64,000 bases of DNA from a bacterium (lineage in GTDB: Bacteria > Babelota > Babeliae > Babelales > JAUWHS01). Position numbers and translations under genes: made by a program. Shown in pieces: positions 17,902 through 26,844 of the stretch. The notes under the pieces are model-generated. The model searched no databases. It saw only the letters and a list, made by a program, of their open reading frames with translations, and was not told the origin of the DNA. How positions within the stretch are numbered: the stretch's first letter is position 1; each line of letters starts with the position of its first letter. The DNA lies in contig JBDRFY010000050.1 of NCBI GenBank assembly GCA_043818275.1, forward strand, positions 5,387-69,386. The letters are read 5' to 3'.

Positions 17902-19038
17902 TTAATAATAATTATAATAATTTAAACTTCCGTGAATATCGATTCGACAACCACTCAGTGCAAAAACATTAAGATCTTCAGGCGGACGACCAAAAGTTAT
18001 GCCTTTAGCCTCCTGGGTATTTGGCCAACCATTAACAGCGCTGTAATTACTAAAAGTCACTCTATTTTCTAAAATTAATTTTCCTAACCATAATTCTAAA
18101 CCGCTATAATTACTGTAAGCGGGAACGCTTAAAGTTGAACCATTAAGATACAATGTTGAAGAAGTATCTGTCATAATTAATTGTTGTCTACATTCATTTC
18201 CAATTGATGATTGATGATCGTAAACAAAATTTATCCCTGAATCAAAATAAAGAGTTGAGTCGTCACAAATTCTTAAATAAGCCTGCAAAGCATCGTCTGA
18301 TGAATGAACAAAATAACGAGGAATACTATCGGTACAAATAACATCACCATGAACACTTCCGGTAAAAAGAACATCTTCATGAATAAAAAGAGAGCCAACA
18401 TCAAAAGTATAACTTCCATTAATATCAACTTTAACATTTTGTAACGCCAAAGAACTTGTTTCATCAGTCAACACTATTCCACCTGATGTTGAAGCCTGAC
18501 CATGCAAATTTTTTAAACATAAATTACGTAATGTTAAAGTTGCAGATGAATCAACAATAAATTGAAACCCTGAATCCAAAAAAACAGAATTACTTTGACC
18601 ATCAATAATTGTGTCATTCAAAATATATAAACTGCTGCTCGCAGGTAAAATAGCATCTCCATGTAAAAATAACGCTCCTTTATTCCCCTTTAAATTAGCA
18701 ACTCCATTTATAGAGATATCATTACTGGATGAACTAGATAAATGCAAATCAGCTAATAATTCAATGGTCGCAATATTATCTAAAATAACATTTCCCCCTT
18801 TTACATGAGGAACAATCCCAAGTTTAAGCGTAGTATTTGGTAAAATATAAAAACCTGCATTGTAATTTACCCAACCCCAAACTTCCGAATTTATATTATA
18901 GTACTCAATTGCACTTAAAGCATAAACGGTATTACTTCCCTTTGCATTTGAAGTATTTAAAGAAAAAATATTTTTTGAAGTAAAAAAAAGAAAAAATAAA
19001 AAGATAAAATTTTTTATATAGAACAATTTAAGAGTCAT
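17902..19038 (-). CDS. Secreted small (S-type) protein 3, first gene of the array
   Basis: The ORF runs to 19107, but MTLKLFYIKNF at 19038 is preceded by AAGGAG. Signal peptide + LNTSNAKGSNTVYAL. IIDGQSNSVFLDSGFQFIVDSSATLTLRNLCL. Confidence 0.85.
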   Translation of the reverse strand: MTLKLFYIKNFIFLFFLFFTSKNIFSLNTSNAKGSNTVYALSAIEYYNINSEVWGWVNYNAGFYILPNTTLKLGIVPHVKGGNVILDNIATIELLADLHLSSSSSNDISINGVANLKGNKGALFLHGDAILPASSSLYILNDTIIDGQSNSVFLDSGFQFIVDSSATLTLRNLCLKNLHGQASTSGGIVLTDETSSLALQNVKVDINGSYTFDVGSLFIHEDVLFTGSVHGDVICTDSIPRYFVHSSDDALQAYLRICDDSTLYFDSGINFVYDHQSSIGNECRQQLIMTDTSSTLYLNGSTLSVPAYSNYSGLELWLGKLILENRVTFSNYSAVNGWPNTQEAKGITFGRPPEDLNVFALSGCRIDIHGSLNYYNYY

Positions 19039-19089
19039 GATCTCCTTTGCTCCCCTGCTAGAACCAAACTCCTTTCTAGAATACCTGTA

Positions 19090-19118
19090 ATTGTCACAAA
19101 AGAACAATTACGTGTCAA
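19090..19118 (-). promoter_or_regulatory. Candidate sigma70-type promoter for the array
   Basis: On the minus strand: TTGACA (19118..19113), a 17-nt spacer ending TGT, then GACAAT (19095..19090). It lies about 50 nt upstream of the 19038 start. Confidence 0.35.
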
Positions 19119-19257
19119 GTATACACAGATCACTTTAAAAGCAAAATAAGAATAAAAATAAATTTAAAGCTATACAAAACAAAGTAATCTATTGCTAACA
19201 AACTAAAAATACTTTTAAAATACTTATATATTTATAAAAACAAGCGAAAGGAAAATT

Positions 19258-19959
19258 ATGCCAAATATAATAAAATCTTTTTTAAAAAAAGTTCTAATAA
19301 TAATTTCAATTTCCCTTGTTATCTATCTTTCTTATGTATTTATTTTCAAGCCCGACAACATACAAACAAAACTGTTAAAATCCATCACAAAAAAAGAATT
19401 GCTAAATGTTTCACGATTAAATATTCTCCCTAAAGAAATCAAAGGAAATGTCGTAACATTAAAAAGGTTTGATCTCAAATATTTTAATGATTTTCACAAA
19501 ATATTTTCCAAAGAGATTAGAAAAGCAATAGAATATCCAGAAAAAATTACTTTCGGATTTACCAAAAGCATGCTTTTGCATGACATGAAATTAGAAAGAG
19601 AGGGAAAAGGAATTTTTTATTTTATTTTTAATAACAAAGATAATAAATTAATTGGTTGGATTGAAATAAAAGATAAAAACATAGAGGATCCAGGACAATT
19701 CAGTATATCGATAAATGAAAATTATCGGGGAAAGGGGCGGGCACAAGAAGCAATACAAATAATTTCAGATATTTATTTTAAATATAAAGATGAAGATGAG
19801 TACATAGCGCATGTCAGATTATGGAATCAGAGAAGTTATAAAGCTTTAATAAAAGCCGGCTTTAAAGATGTTGACCGCTTTTACGAAGATGGAGAACCAA
19901 CACGATACATTTTAAAAATGTACAATTCACATAAAACAAAATCTGATTTTACAAAATAA
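19258..19959 (+). CDS. GNAT-family N-acetyltransferase with an N-terminal membrane anchor
   Basis: GAAAGGA RBS. N-terminal TM helix. GWIEIKD..., NENYRGKGRAQEAIQIISDIYF (acetyl-CoA motif A-like), VRLWNQRSYKALIKAGF. Confidence 0.6.
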   Translation: MPNIIKSFLKKVLIIISISLVIYLSYVFIFKPDNIQTKLLKSITKKELLNVSRLNILPKEIKGNVVTLKRFDLKYFNDFHKIFSKEIRKAIEYPEKITFGFTKSMLLHDMKLEREGKGIFYFIFNNKDNKLIGWIEIKDKNIEDPGQFSISINENYRGKGRAQEAIQIISDIYFKYKDEDEYIAHVRLWNQRSYKALIKAGFKDVDRFYEDGEPTRYILKMYNSHKTKSDFTK

Positions 19960-20028
19960 AATCAAAATTATAAATTTTATTTTGTTGAAGAAATTTTATT
20001 TTGAAATTTATTATTTTTTATAAATAGA

Positions 20029-20303
20029 GATCCTGAACTTGATTCATAACTGTCCAAAGTGTTTGAAATGTTTTAGATAAGGATAAAATTAAACTCTCCC
20101 GTTCGCCCTGAGGAGGAATTTTGAAAAAATTTCGTCTCGAAGGGTAATCCAAATAAAAAATTGATTTTATAAGGAATATCCTTCGAGACGCTCTCAATCG
20201 CTAAACGCATTTCGAGCTCCTCAGGACGAACGGATGGGGTAAAAATTTATTTTGTTTAAAGGTTTTTTATCACTTTGGACAGTTATGAATCAAGTTCAGG
20301 ATC
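20029..20303. mobile_element. Non-coding nested palindromic element (MITE-like) with perfect 33-bp terminal inverted repeats
   Basis: gatcctgaacttgattcataactgtccaaagtg (20029..20061) is the exact reverse complement of 20271..20303. An inner inverted pair, cccgttcgccctgaggagg...cgtctcgaagg (20098..20146) versus ccttcgagacg...ctcctcaggacgaacgg (20178..20234), belongs to repeat family A. No ORF. Confidence 0.75.
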
Positions 20304-20363
20304 TCTAAATTTTATATAAGCAATTCAATTTATAGTTCCAACCAAAAATTAAGGAGTCAAAAA

Positions 20364-20903
20364 ATGTCTGCAAAAAAAAATATCTTGTTTATTCTAATTC
20401 CAGATTTTCGCGATGAAGAATTTACTGTCCCTTTCAATATACTTTATGAAGCAGGTCATACAATAGATGTTGCAGGGCTGAAAGAAGGTGAGATTATTGG
20501 CGCAAATGGTTATAAACATAAAGCAGATTTTCTTTTAGATACCCTTTCACATGAAGATCTTGAAAAATATGATGTTTTAGTTATCCCTGGTGGACCTGGT
20601 TCAACCACATATTTATGGAACAATCCCAAAATTCAGGAAATAATTGAATTTTTTAATGAAAGAGGCAAAATTGTGGCAACCATTTGTTATGCATGCGTTG
20701 CCGCCGCTCAATCCGGAATTTTAAAAGGCAAAAAAGCAACTGTTTATCCAACACATGAAGCACGAAAAATCTTTGAAGAATGTGAAGTTACCTTTGATGA
20801 TGCAGGAGTTGTAACATTAAAAGATGAAAAAATAATAACTGCGCAAGGTCCAAAATTTGCAGAAGAATTTGGAACTGCAATTCTAGATATGTTAAATCAA
20901 TAA
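20364..20903 (+). CDS. DJ-1/PfpI (ThiJ) family protein
   Basis: AAGGAG RBS. YDVLVIPGGPGS and the nucleophile-elbow-like VATICYACVAAAQSG. Length is 179 aa. Confidence 0.75.
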   Translation: MSAKKNILFILIPDFRDEEFTVPFNILYEAGHTIDVAGLKEGEIIGANGYKHKADFLLDTLSHEDLEKYDVLVIPGGPGSTTYLWNNPKIQEIIEFFNERGKIVATICYACVAAAQSGILKGKKATVYPTHEARKIFEECEVTFDDAGVVTLKDEKIITAQGPKFAEEFGTAILDMLNQ

Positions 20904-20911
20904 GGAATTTA

Positions 20912-22021
20912 ATGACAAAAAAAGCAACACTTACGAGTGAACACAGACCCAAAGTATTAATTGTTGGTTTATTTACGCCCTACAATAAATTAGATAATCA
21001 AGATGCATATTTTGATGAATTTATAAGTTTGATAAACACTTTAGGTATAGAATATGACGGACAATATTTTACGAAATTAAGACATATAGAAAAAGCAAAC
21101 TTCCTAACTAAAGGTAAATTACAAGAATTAATTGATCTTTGTGAAAAAGAAAAATACGACGAAGTAATTATTTCTGAAATTCTAACACCATTGCAAGAAC
21201 GAAATTTGTCAGATTTATTAAATTGTGATGTTTTTGACCGCGAAAAATTAATTCTGGAAATTTTTAAAAATTCTGCTCATACAGCTGAAGGAAAAATTCA
21301 GGTTGAAATGGCTGAAATTGAATTTTTAAAAAGCAGACTTGCAGGAAAAGGCTATGAACTCGCACAACAAATTGGTGTAATCGGAGTTCGCGGACCAGGT
21401 GAGACAGCTAAGGAAGTTTTACAAAGACACCTTGAAAATAAAATACGTCAGGCAAAGAAAAAATTAAAAACATTAGAACACGCAAAAGAAGAACAACGCA
21501 AACAAAGGTTAAGTAGTCACATTCCATTAATTTGTCTTGTCGGTCACACAAATGCTGGAAAATCAACAGTGCTAAATCAATTAACCAAAAGCGATGTTTT
21601 GGTTGAAGATAAATTATTCGCCACTCTTGATATAACAACCAGAAAATTTTTCATAGACAACAAAAAACAAATACTAATTTCAGACACTGTTGGATTTATC
21701 AGCGATCTTCCCCATCATTTAATCGAAGCGTTTAAAACAACTCTGGATGAATTAAAATATGCAAATATTTTATTATGCGTAATTGACGCGAGTAATCCAT
21801 GCTGGAAAAATCAAATTAAAGTGGTTCAAAATACGTTAGAAGAAATAGAAATAGAAAAATCAATTTTATATGTTTTCAACAAGATTGATAAATTAAACAA
21901 AGAACAACTGGATGAATTAAAACAAAATCTGCAAGATTATGAACCACACATTTTAATCAAAGCTACCTCAAAAGAAGGAATACAACCATTAGTGAATTTT
22001 TTACAAAGCTATAAATTTTAA
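20912..22021 (+). CDS. hflX: GTPase HflX
   Basis: HflX N-domain (LQERNLSDLLNCDVFDREKLILEIF, GVRGPGETAKE). G-domain motifs GHTNAGKSTVLNQLT and DTVGFISDLPHHLIEAFKTTLDE. Confidence 0.9.
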   Translation: MTKKATLTSEHRPKVLIVGLFTPYNKLDNQDAYFDEFISLINTLGIEYDGQYFTKLRHIEKANFLTKGKLQELIDLCEKEKYDEVIISEILTPLQERNLSDLLNCDVFDREKLILEIFKNSAHTAEGKIQVEMAEIEFLKSRLAGKGYELAQQIGVIGVRGPGETAKEVLQRHLENKIRQAKKKLKTLEHAKEEQRKQRLSSHIPLICLVGHTNAGKSTVLNQLTKSDVLVEDKLFATLDITTRKFFIDNKKQILISDTVGFISDLPHHLIEAFKTTLDELKYANILLCVIDASNPCWKNQIKVVQNTLEEIEIEKSILYVFNKIDKLNKEQLDELKQNLQDYEPHILIKATSKEGIQPLVNFLQSYKF

Positions 22022-22032
22022 AAGGAGCATTT

Positions 22033-23037
22033 GTGTCAAAAAAAATAGCAATTAATGGTTTTGGCAGAATCGGCAAAACATTTTTGCGCGTTTTAATGAG
22101 TGATGAAGAAATCACAAAAAAAATAAACGTCGTAGCAATAAATGTTGGCCCGGCAAATCCTGAACACACAGCTTTTCAATTTAAACATGATTCAATTTTA
22201 AACACATTTAACGGAAAAGTTTCATACGAAAAAGAACATTTAATAATCAATGATCATAAAATAAAAGTATTTGCAGAACAAAACCCAGCAAAAATAAACT
22301 GGTATGAATTAGGAATTGAATGGGTTGTTGAATGTTCAGGAAGATTTACAACAAAAGAAAAAGCATCCTTTCATTTACAATCAGGAGCGAAAAAAGTTTT
22401 AATTACGGCTCCGGCAACAGATGAGGATATAACAATTATTCCAGGTGTAAATGATTCAGATTATGATAAGGAAAAACATAAAATCATCTCTTTGGGCAGT
22501 TGCACAACAAATTGCTTCGCTCCAATCGTAAAGGTATTAAAAGAAGAATTTGGTTTACAACATGGTTTGATGACAACAATTCATGCATATACAAATGATC
22601 AGGTTTTACTGGATCTGGACCACAAAGATTTACGTCGGTCCCGCGCCGCCGCGATTAATATTATTCCAACCAAAACTGGCGCGGATAAAGTTATTACAAC
22701 AATATATCCGGAATTTAAAAATAAAATTAAAGCACAAGCCATTAGGGTTCCTGTTGCAATTAGTTCTCTTGTGGATTTTACTTTTCAGACAAAAAAGAAT
22801 TGTAACGTTGAAGAAATAAACGCAGCATTCAAAAAATATGCTGCCAATTCTATGAAAAACATTATTCAATACTGTGAAGAACCTTTGGTATCATCTGATT
22901 TTATTGGTAATACGCATTCTTGTATAATTGACAGCCTCTTAACCCAATGTACTGGGCAGCTTGGTAAAATTTTTGGATGGTATGATAATGAATATGGTTA
23001 TTCCTGTAGATTAAGGGATTTTTTACTTCACAACTAA
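22033..23037 (+). CDS. gap: Glyceraldehyde-3-phosphate dehydrogenase
   Basis: GTG start after AAAGGAG. INGFGRIGK, SCTTNCFAP, WYDNEYGYS. Confidence 0.95.
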   Translation: MSKKIAINGFGRIGKTFLRVLMSDEEITKKINVVAINVGPANPEHTAFQFKHDSILNTFNGKVSYEKEHLIINDHKIKVFAEQNPAKINWYELGIEWVVECSGRFTTKEKASFHLQSGAKKVLITAPATDEDITIIPGVNDSDYDKEKHKIISLGSCTTNCFAPIVKVLKEEFGLQHGLMTTIHAYTNDQVLLDLDHKDLRRSRAAAINIIPTKTGADKVITTIYPEFKNKIKAQAIRVPVAISSLVDFTFQTKKNCNVEEINAAFKKYAANSMKNIIQYCEEPLVSSDFIGNTHSCIIDSLLTQCTGQLGKIFGWYDNEYGYSCRLRDFLLHN

Positions 23038-23085
23038 AAAAAGTTGGTCTACAATACTAATTATTGATAATGAATCAATAATGGC

Positions 23086-23161
23086 GGGCCCATAGCTCAG
23101 CGGTCAGAGCAGTCGGCTCATAACCGAAAGGTCCCAGGTTCAAATCCTGGTGGGCCCACCA
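23086..23161 (+). tRNA. tRNA with a CAT anticodon (elongator Met or lysidine-type Ile2), encoded CCA
   Basis: Cloverleaf read by hand: gggccca/tgggccc acceptor stem, tagctcagcggtcagagc D arm, ctcataa anticodon loop, ccaggttcaaatcctgg T arm. It has no C1:A72 mismatch, so it is not an initiator. The C4/C5 acceptor pairs resemble Ile2. Confidence 0.9.
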
Positions 23162-23337
23162 TACTTCGCTAAAGCTTCGTATGGCGCAGCCATTTTTTAA
23201 ATGATTGATTTTGAATTTTAAAGAAACTTTCAACTTAAAAAGCGAAGTATGCCCTTCTCCGTCCTTCGCATAAAGCTTCGGAGAACTCTGCGAAGTTTGA
23301 CACGAAGCAAAGTTAGCTCGAAGAGCGAAGTAGGGCA
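23162..23337. repeat. tRNA 3' trailer module plus a block of CTTCG/CGAAG-rich GC islands (family C)
   Basis: tacttcgctaaagcttcgtatggcgcagccatttttt, then gcgaagtatgcccttctccgtccttcgcataaagcttcggag, tgcgaagtttgacacgaagc and gctcgaagagcgaagtaggg. Related strings recur at 47086..47367 and 61823..62449. Confidence 0.7.
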
Positions 23338-23406
23338 AGAATTCCCCAATCACCCAACTAGTTTTAAGTATTACAAATACAAAAAAGCAAATATCGAGGT
23401 GCAAAA

Positions 23407-24144
23407 ATGATTGGACAACCTCTCTGGAAAAGCTTAAAAGCATTAGTTGAAATAGACAATGAAGCAAAAAAAATAAAAGAAAAAATTTTAGGGGGAAATC
23501 AAAACATAGAAGAAAAAAAACTTCTTATTCCAAAAATCCAAAAAGAAATTCAGGTTTTAGAACTTAAATGTAAAGAAACAAAAAAAATGGTTGACGAAGA
23601 AGAGCTTATTGCAAATGATCTTAAAGAAAAAGAAGATGAAAAAAGAGTAGCTTTAGACAAAACCAAAAATGAAAAAGAATATCGGGCAGTTGAAAAAGAA
23701 ATCAAAAAAATAACTCAAGATAGAATGGAACTTGAGGATATTCTAATTCAATCCTGGCACAAACATGATCAGGCTAAAAAATTACTTGATGAAGAATCAA
23801 AAAATAAAAATCAAAAAATAGAAGACATTAAAAAAGAAATTATTGATCATGAAATAAATTTAAAAGAACTTAATCTAAAGCTCAAAGAAGTTGAAGAAAA
23901 AAGAAAAAATGCGATTGATAATATACCCGATGAATGGTTACAAAAATATAATCGAATGAAAGAACATGTTACCAATCCAATTGTTCCTGTTATGCAAAAT
24001 TGTTGCAGCGCTTGTTATTATAGTGTTATAAGACAAGACCTACAAAGATTAAAAAAATCCGGAGTTCTTCTTTGCAGAAACTGCTACAGATTCTTATATT
24101 ATGACGAAGAAGAAGAAATAGAAGAAACTAATAATTCTTATTAA
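23407..24144 (+). CDS. Coiled-coil protein with a C-terminal C4 zinc ribbon (COG1579-like)
   Basis: GAGGTG RBS. A long K/E-rich coiled coil is followed by CCSACYYSV...LLCRNCYRFLY. Confidence 0.7.
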   Translation: MIGQPLWKSLKALVEIDNEAKKIKEKILGGNQNIEEKKLLIPKIQKEIQVLELKCKETKKMVDEEELIANDLKEKEDEKRVALDKTKNEKEYRAVEKEIKKITQDRMELEDILIQSWHKHDQAKKLLDEESKNKNQKIEDIKKEIIDHEINLKELNLKLKEVEEKRKNAIDNIPDEWLQKYNRMKEHVTNPIVPVMQNCCSACYYSVIRQDLQRLKKSGVLLCRNCYRFLYYDEEEEIEETNNSY

Positions 24145-24160
24145 ATAAATAATAGTAGTA

Positions 24161-24679
24161 ATGGAAAAACAATTAAAAGTTTTTAATAATCCAAAAGTCC
24201 TAAACATTAAATCTTACGATTTTACAGTTTATACAGATGGAGCTTCCCGAGGAAACCCAGGAAAATCTGGGGCGGGAATTTTTGTTTTTGATAATAAAAA
24301 GAAAAAAGAAATTATTAAAGAAAGTTTTTATCTGGATACAAAGACAAACAATCAGGCAGAATATTTGGCCCTTGCTTTAGCAGCTTTTTTAATTAATGAA
24401 AATATTAAAAATTTTTCCGAATATTCTTTTCAATTCTTAGCTGATTCTGAATTATTAATTAAACAAATGACGAATGAATACAAGATAAAAGATCCAATTT
24501 TAAAAAAATTAAAAACACTGATTTTTTCGATTCTTAATGATTCAAATTACAACTTTCAACACATAAGAAGAGAAAAAAACACAAAAGCCGATGAGCTTGC
24601 AAATAAAGGAATTGATTCTAAAGCAGGTACACCACATAAATTCACATTATTACTTCAAAAAAATAATCTATTCATATAA
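24161..24679 (+). CDS. rnhA: Ribonuclease HI family protein
   Basis: YTDGASRGNPGKSGAGI, TNNQAEYLALALA, DSELLIKQM and NTKADELAN are colinear with the RNase H catalytic D-E-D-D motifs. Confidence 0.8.
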   Translation: MEKQLKVFNNPKVLNIKSYDFTVYTDGASRGNPGKSGAGIFVFDNKKKKEIIKESFYLDTKTNNQAEYLALALAAFLINENIKNFSEYSFQFLADSELLIKQMTNEYKIKDPILKKLKTLIFSILNDSNYNFQHIRREKNTKADELANKGIDSKAGTPHKFTLLLQKNNLFI

Positions 24680-24684
24680 GGAAC

Positions 24685-26154
24685 ATGAAAGATTTTAAGT
24701 TTCTCTTTTTTATTTTTATAATTTTAACCATTTATTTTAATCATCTTTATAGCTTAAAATTAACCCGACCCAAATGCGCATATTTAAATGACACTAAAGA
24801 TATAATTCCTGATAATTTTAAATCAATTTTTTTAAACAACCTAAATTTAGACGCCGAATTAAATGATTTGTCTTCCACAAATACTATTTTTACAAATTAC
24901 AATAATTTAAATCTTGCCTACAATGAAACTTCAACATTACTAACAGACATTAAACCAACCTTAACAATTGAAACATTTGATACAATTAACGATAACGAAA
25001 AAATCATTGAATATAGTCAACCTAAAATTATTAAAAATAAAATCAGGGTTTTATTAGATGAAATAAACTCAAAAGAACCAAATAATTTTTTCATTCAATC
25101 AAAAGAAGGTGTTATTATTCAAACTTTACCAAAAACAACTTCTCCAATTTTATTGAAAAACAAAAAGGTATATATAAAAGTAAAAGATGATTCTTTATAT
25201 TTAAGTAATGATGGACAAGAATATAAAAAAGCAAAAAAGAAAGAAATTCTTATAAAACCGGTAAAAAAATATTTTTCATTTAATGGAAAATCATTTAATG
25301 GGGAAGTAAAGCTCTTAATAGATGAGAAACAAAATAAACTTTTTATAATTAATAATTTAAATCTGGAAGATTATATTTATTCAGTTCTGCGGTTTGAAAG
25401 TTACCCAACCTGGCCTAAAGATATGCAAAAAATTCAGGCAATAGCTTCCCGTTCATATGCATTTCATTGCATGAGACAAGCCAGAATCAAAAAAATTAAA
25501 AATCCATATGATATAAAAAGAAGCAATCACCATCAGACATATAATGGAAAACATGACGCGAAACATTTAAAAGAAGCTGTAAAAGAAACAACTGGAGTAA
25601 TTTTGACATATGATAAAAAACCAATAATTGCAATGTTTGATGCTTGTTGTGGAGGAGTAATTCCTGCAAATATGAAAAATCCAGATTTTAAAAAAGCTCC
25701 TTATCTTGCAAGAGAAGAACGCTGTGTATTTTGCAAAAACTACACTCTTTATCACTGGAAAAAAGATTTACTATTTAATTCTTTTGTTAACAATTTAAAA
25801 AATAATCCTAAAATTTCTGATCAAATTAATAAAATTGGTAAAATTTATGACATCAAAATAGCTGAAAAGGATAAAGCCGGAGTTGTTCACAAAATTAAAT
25901 TTATTGGAAGTAAAAAAAATTCTATAGTAAATGGAAGAGATTTCTGGGAAAATCAAAGAAAAACAATCCGAAGCTTAAATTTCGATTTAAAAAAAATAAA
26001 TGATCGCTTAATAATTACAGGAAATGGTTTCGGGCATCAAATTGGCTTATGCCAACGTGGAGCACGCGAACTTCTAAATCGTGGATGGAATTATAAAAAT
26101 ATTCTTAAATTTTATTATCCAAAAACGCAAATTGCCAAACTTAAATATTCATGA
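24685..26154 (+). CDS. SpoIID/LytB-domain protein (peptidoglycan remodelling)
   Basis: Signal/TM N-terminus. IQAIASRSYAF, MFDACCGGV, GNGFGHQIGLCQRGARELLNRG. Confidence 0.8.
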   Translation: MKDFKFLFFIFIILTIYFNHLYSLKLTRPKCAYLNDTKDIIPDNFKSIFLNNLNLDAELNDLSSTNTIFTNYNNLNLAYNETSTLLTDIKPTLTIETFDTINDNEKIIEYSQPKIIKNKIRVLLDEINSKEPNNFFIQSKEGVIIQTLPKTTSPILLKNKKVYIKVKDDSLYLSNDGQEYKKAKKKEILIKPVKKYFSFNGKSFNGEVKLLIDEKQNKLFIINNLNLEDYIYSVLRFESYPTWPKDMQKIQAIASRSYAFHCMRQARIKKIKNPYDIKRSNHHQTYNGKHDAKHLKEAVKETTGVILTYDKKPIIAMFDACCGGVIPANMKNPDFKKAPYLAREERCVFCKNYTLYHWKKDLLFNSFVNNLKNNPKISDQINKIGKIYDIKIAEKDKAGVVHKIKFIGSKKNSIVNGRDFWENQRKTIRSLNFDLKKINDRLIITGNGFGHQIGLCQRGARELLNRGWNYKNILKFYYPKTQIAKLKYS

Positions 26155-26180
26155 TTTTGGGATAAAAAAAGGGGAGAAAA

Positions 26181-26678
26181 ATGCCAAATTACAAAGGGCA
26201 TTTAATCGGAGGATCAATAGCCTTTCTGGCAACAAATAAAATAATTGCTTTATCCTCAAATAACTTTGCAACAAATTTCAATCAAAATTGGTTAATTTAT
26301 CTATTTTTTTGCTTAATTGGTTCACTTTTTCCAGACATTGATACCAAAAGCAAAATTCAACGATATTTTTACATTTTTATATTTTTAATCTTAATTAACT
26401 TAATAATTGATAAAAATTGGCAATTGATTGTAATTTTAACACCTATTTCACTCCTCCCAATGATAGTTCATCATCGTGGAATATTTCATAAATTCTGGTT
26501 TTTAAGTCTTTTATCTTTAATTTTTTTAGCATTTACCTGGACTTATTTTCCAAATAACGTTAAAAATCTAACTTTTAGCTGCATTTTCTTTATTTCAGGT
26601 TGGTTATCCCACTTACTATTGGATTATGGTATTTTGCGTTTTTTTAACAGAAAGATAATTAACCGATTTAAAATTTAA
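26181..26678 (+). CDS. Membrane-bound metal-dependent hydrolase, YdjM/DUF457-like
   Basis: GGGGAG RBS. YKGHLIGG, LFPDIDTKS, HHRGIFH, SHLLLDY. Several TM helices. Confidence 0.6.
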   Translation: MPNYKGHLIGGSIAFLATNKIIALSSNNFATNFNQNWLIYLFFCLIGSLFPDIDTKSKIQRYFYIFIFLILINLIIDKNWQLIVILTPISLLPMIVHHRGIFHKFWFLSLLSLIFLAFTWTYFPNNVKNLTFSCIFFISGWLSHLLLDYGILRFFNRKIINRFKI

Positions 26679-26844
26679 TTTTTAATTTCATTTAGAATTT
26701 TTAAACTAAAAAAATAACTATTATATCTAATTTTTTATGTTGCTTATCCAACAAGCCTTTGATTCCACATAATAACACGTATAAATTAAAACCAGGCTCA
26801 ACTATAAGCTTAAATGGAAGTTATTAATTTATTGGAGGTTTATC

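Noticed and set aside
10030-18808. Short ORFs inside the array genes, some antisense and some same-strand out of frame (10030..10257, 10399..10593, 10465..10695, 11421..11633, 13920..14123, 14071..14280, 17112..17363, 18273..18464, 18611..18808)
   Set aside because: All lie fully inside long, motif-rich, paralog-supported minus-strand CDSs. They have low-complexity translations and no RBS.
7194-19038. Interpreting the array as chlamydial Pmp-type or classical autotransporters
   Set aside because: I see no repeated GGA(I/L/V)/FxxN tetrapeptide pattern; only isolated GGAI/GGAA occur. There is no C-terminal beta-barrel-like segment ending in an aromatic residue. The proteins end ...DYNPA, ...DYNPN and ...NYDPA immediately after the solenoid-like module. 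A profile search is still needed.
23075-23467. 130-aa minus-strand ORF
   Set aside because: It runs antisense through the tRNA gene (23086..23161) and the GC-rich repeat block. Its length is a by-product of the locally higher GC content.
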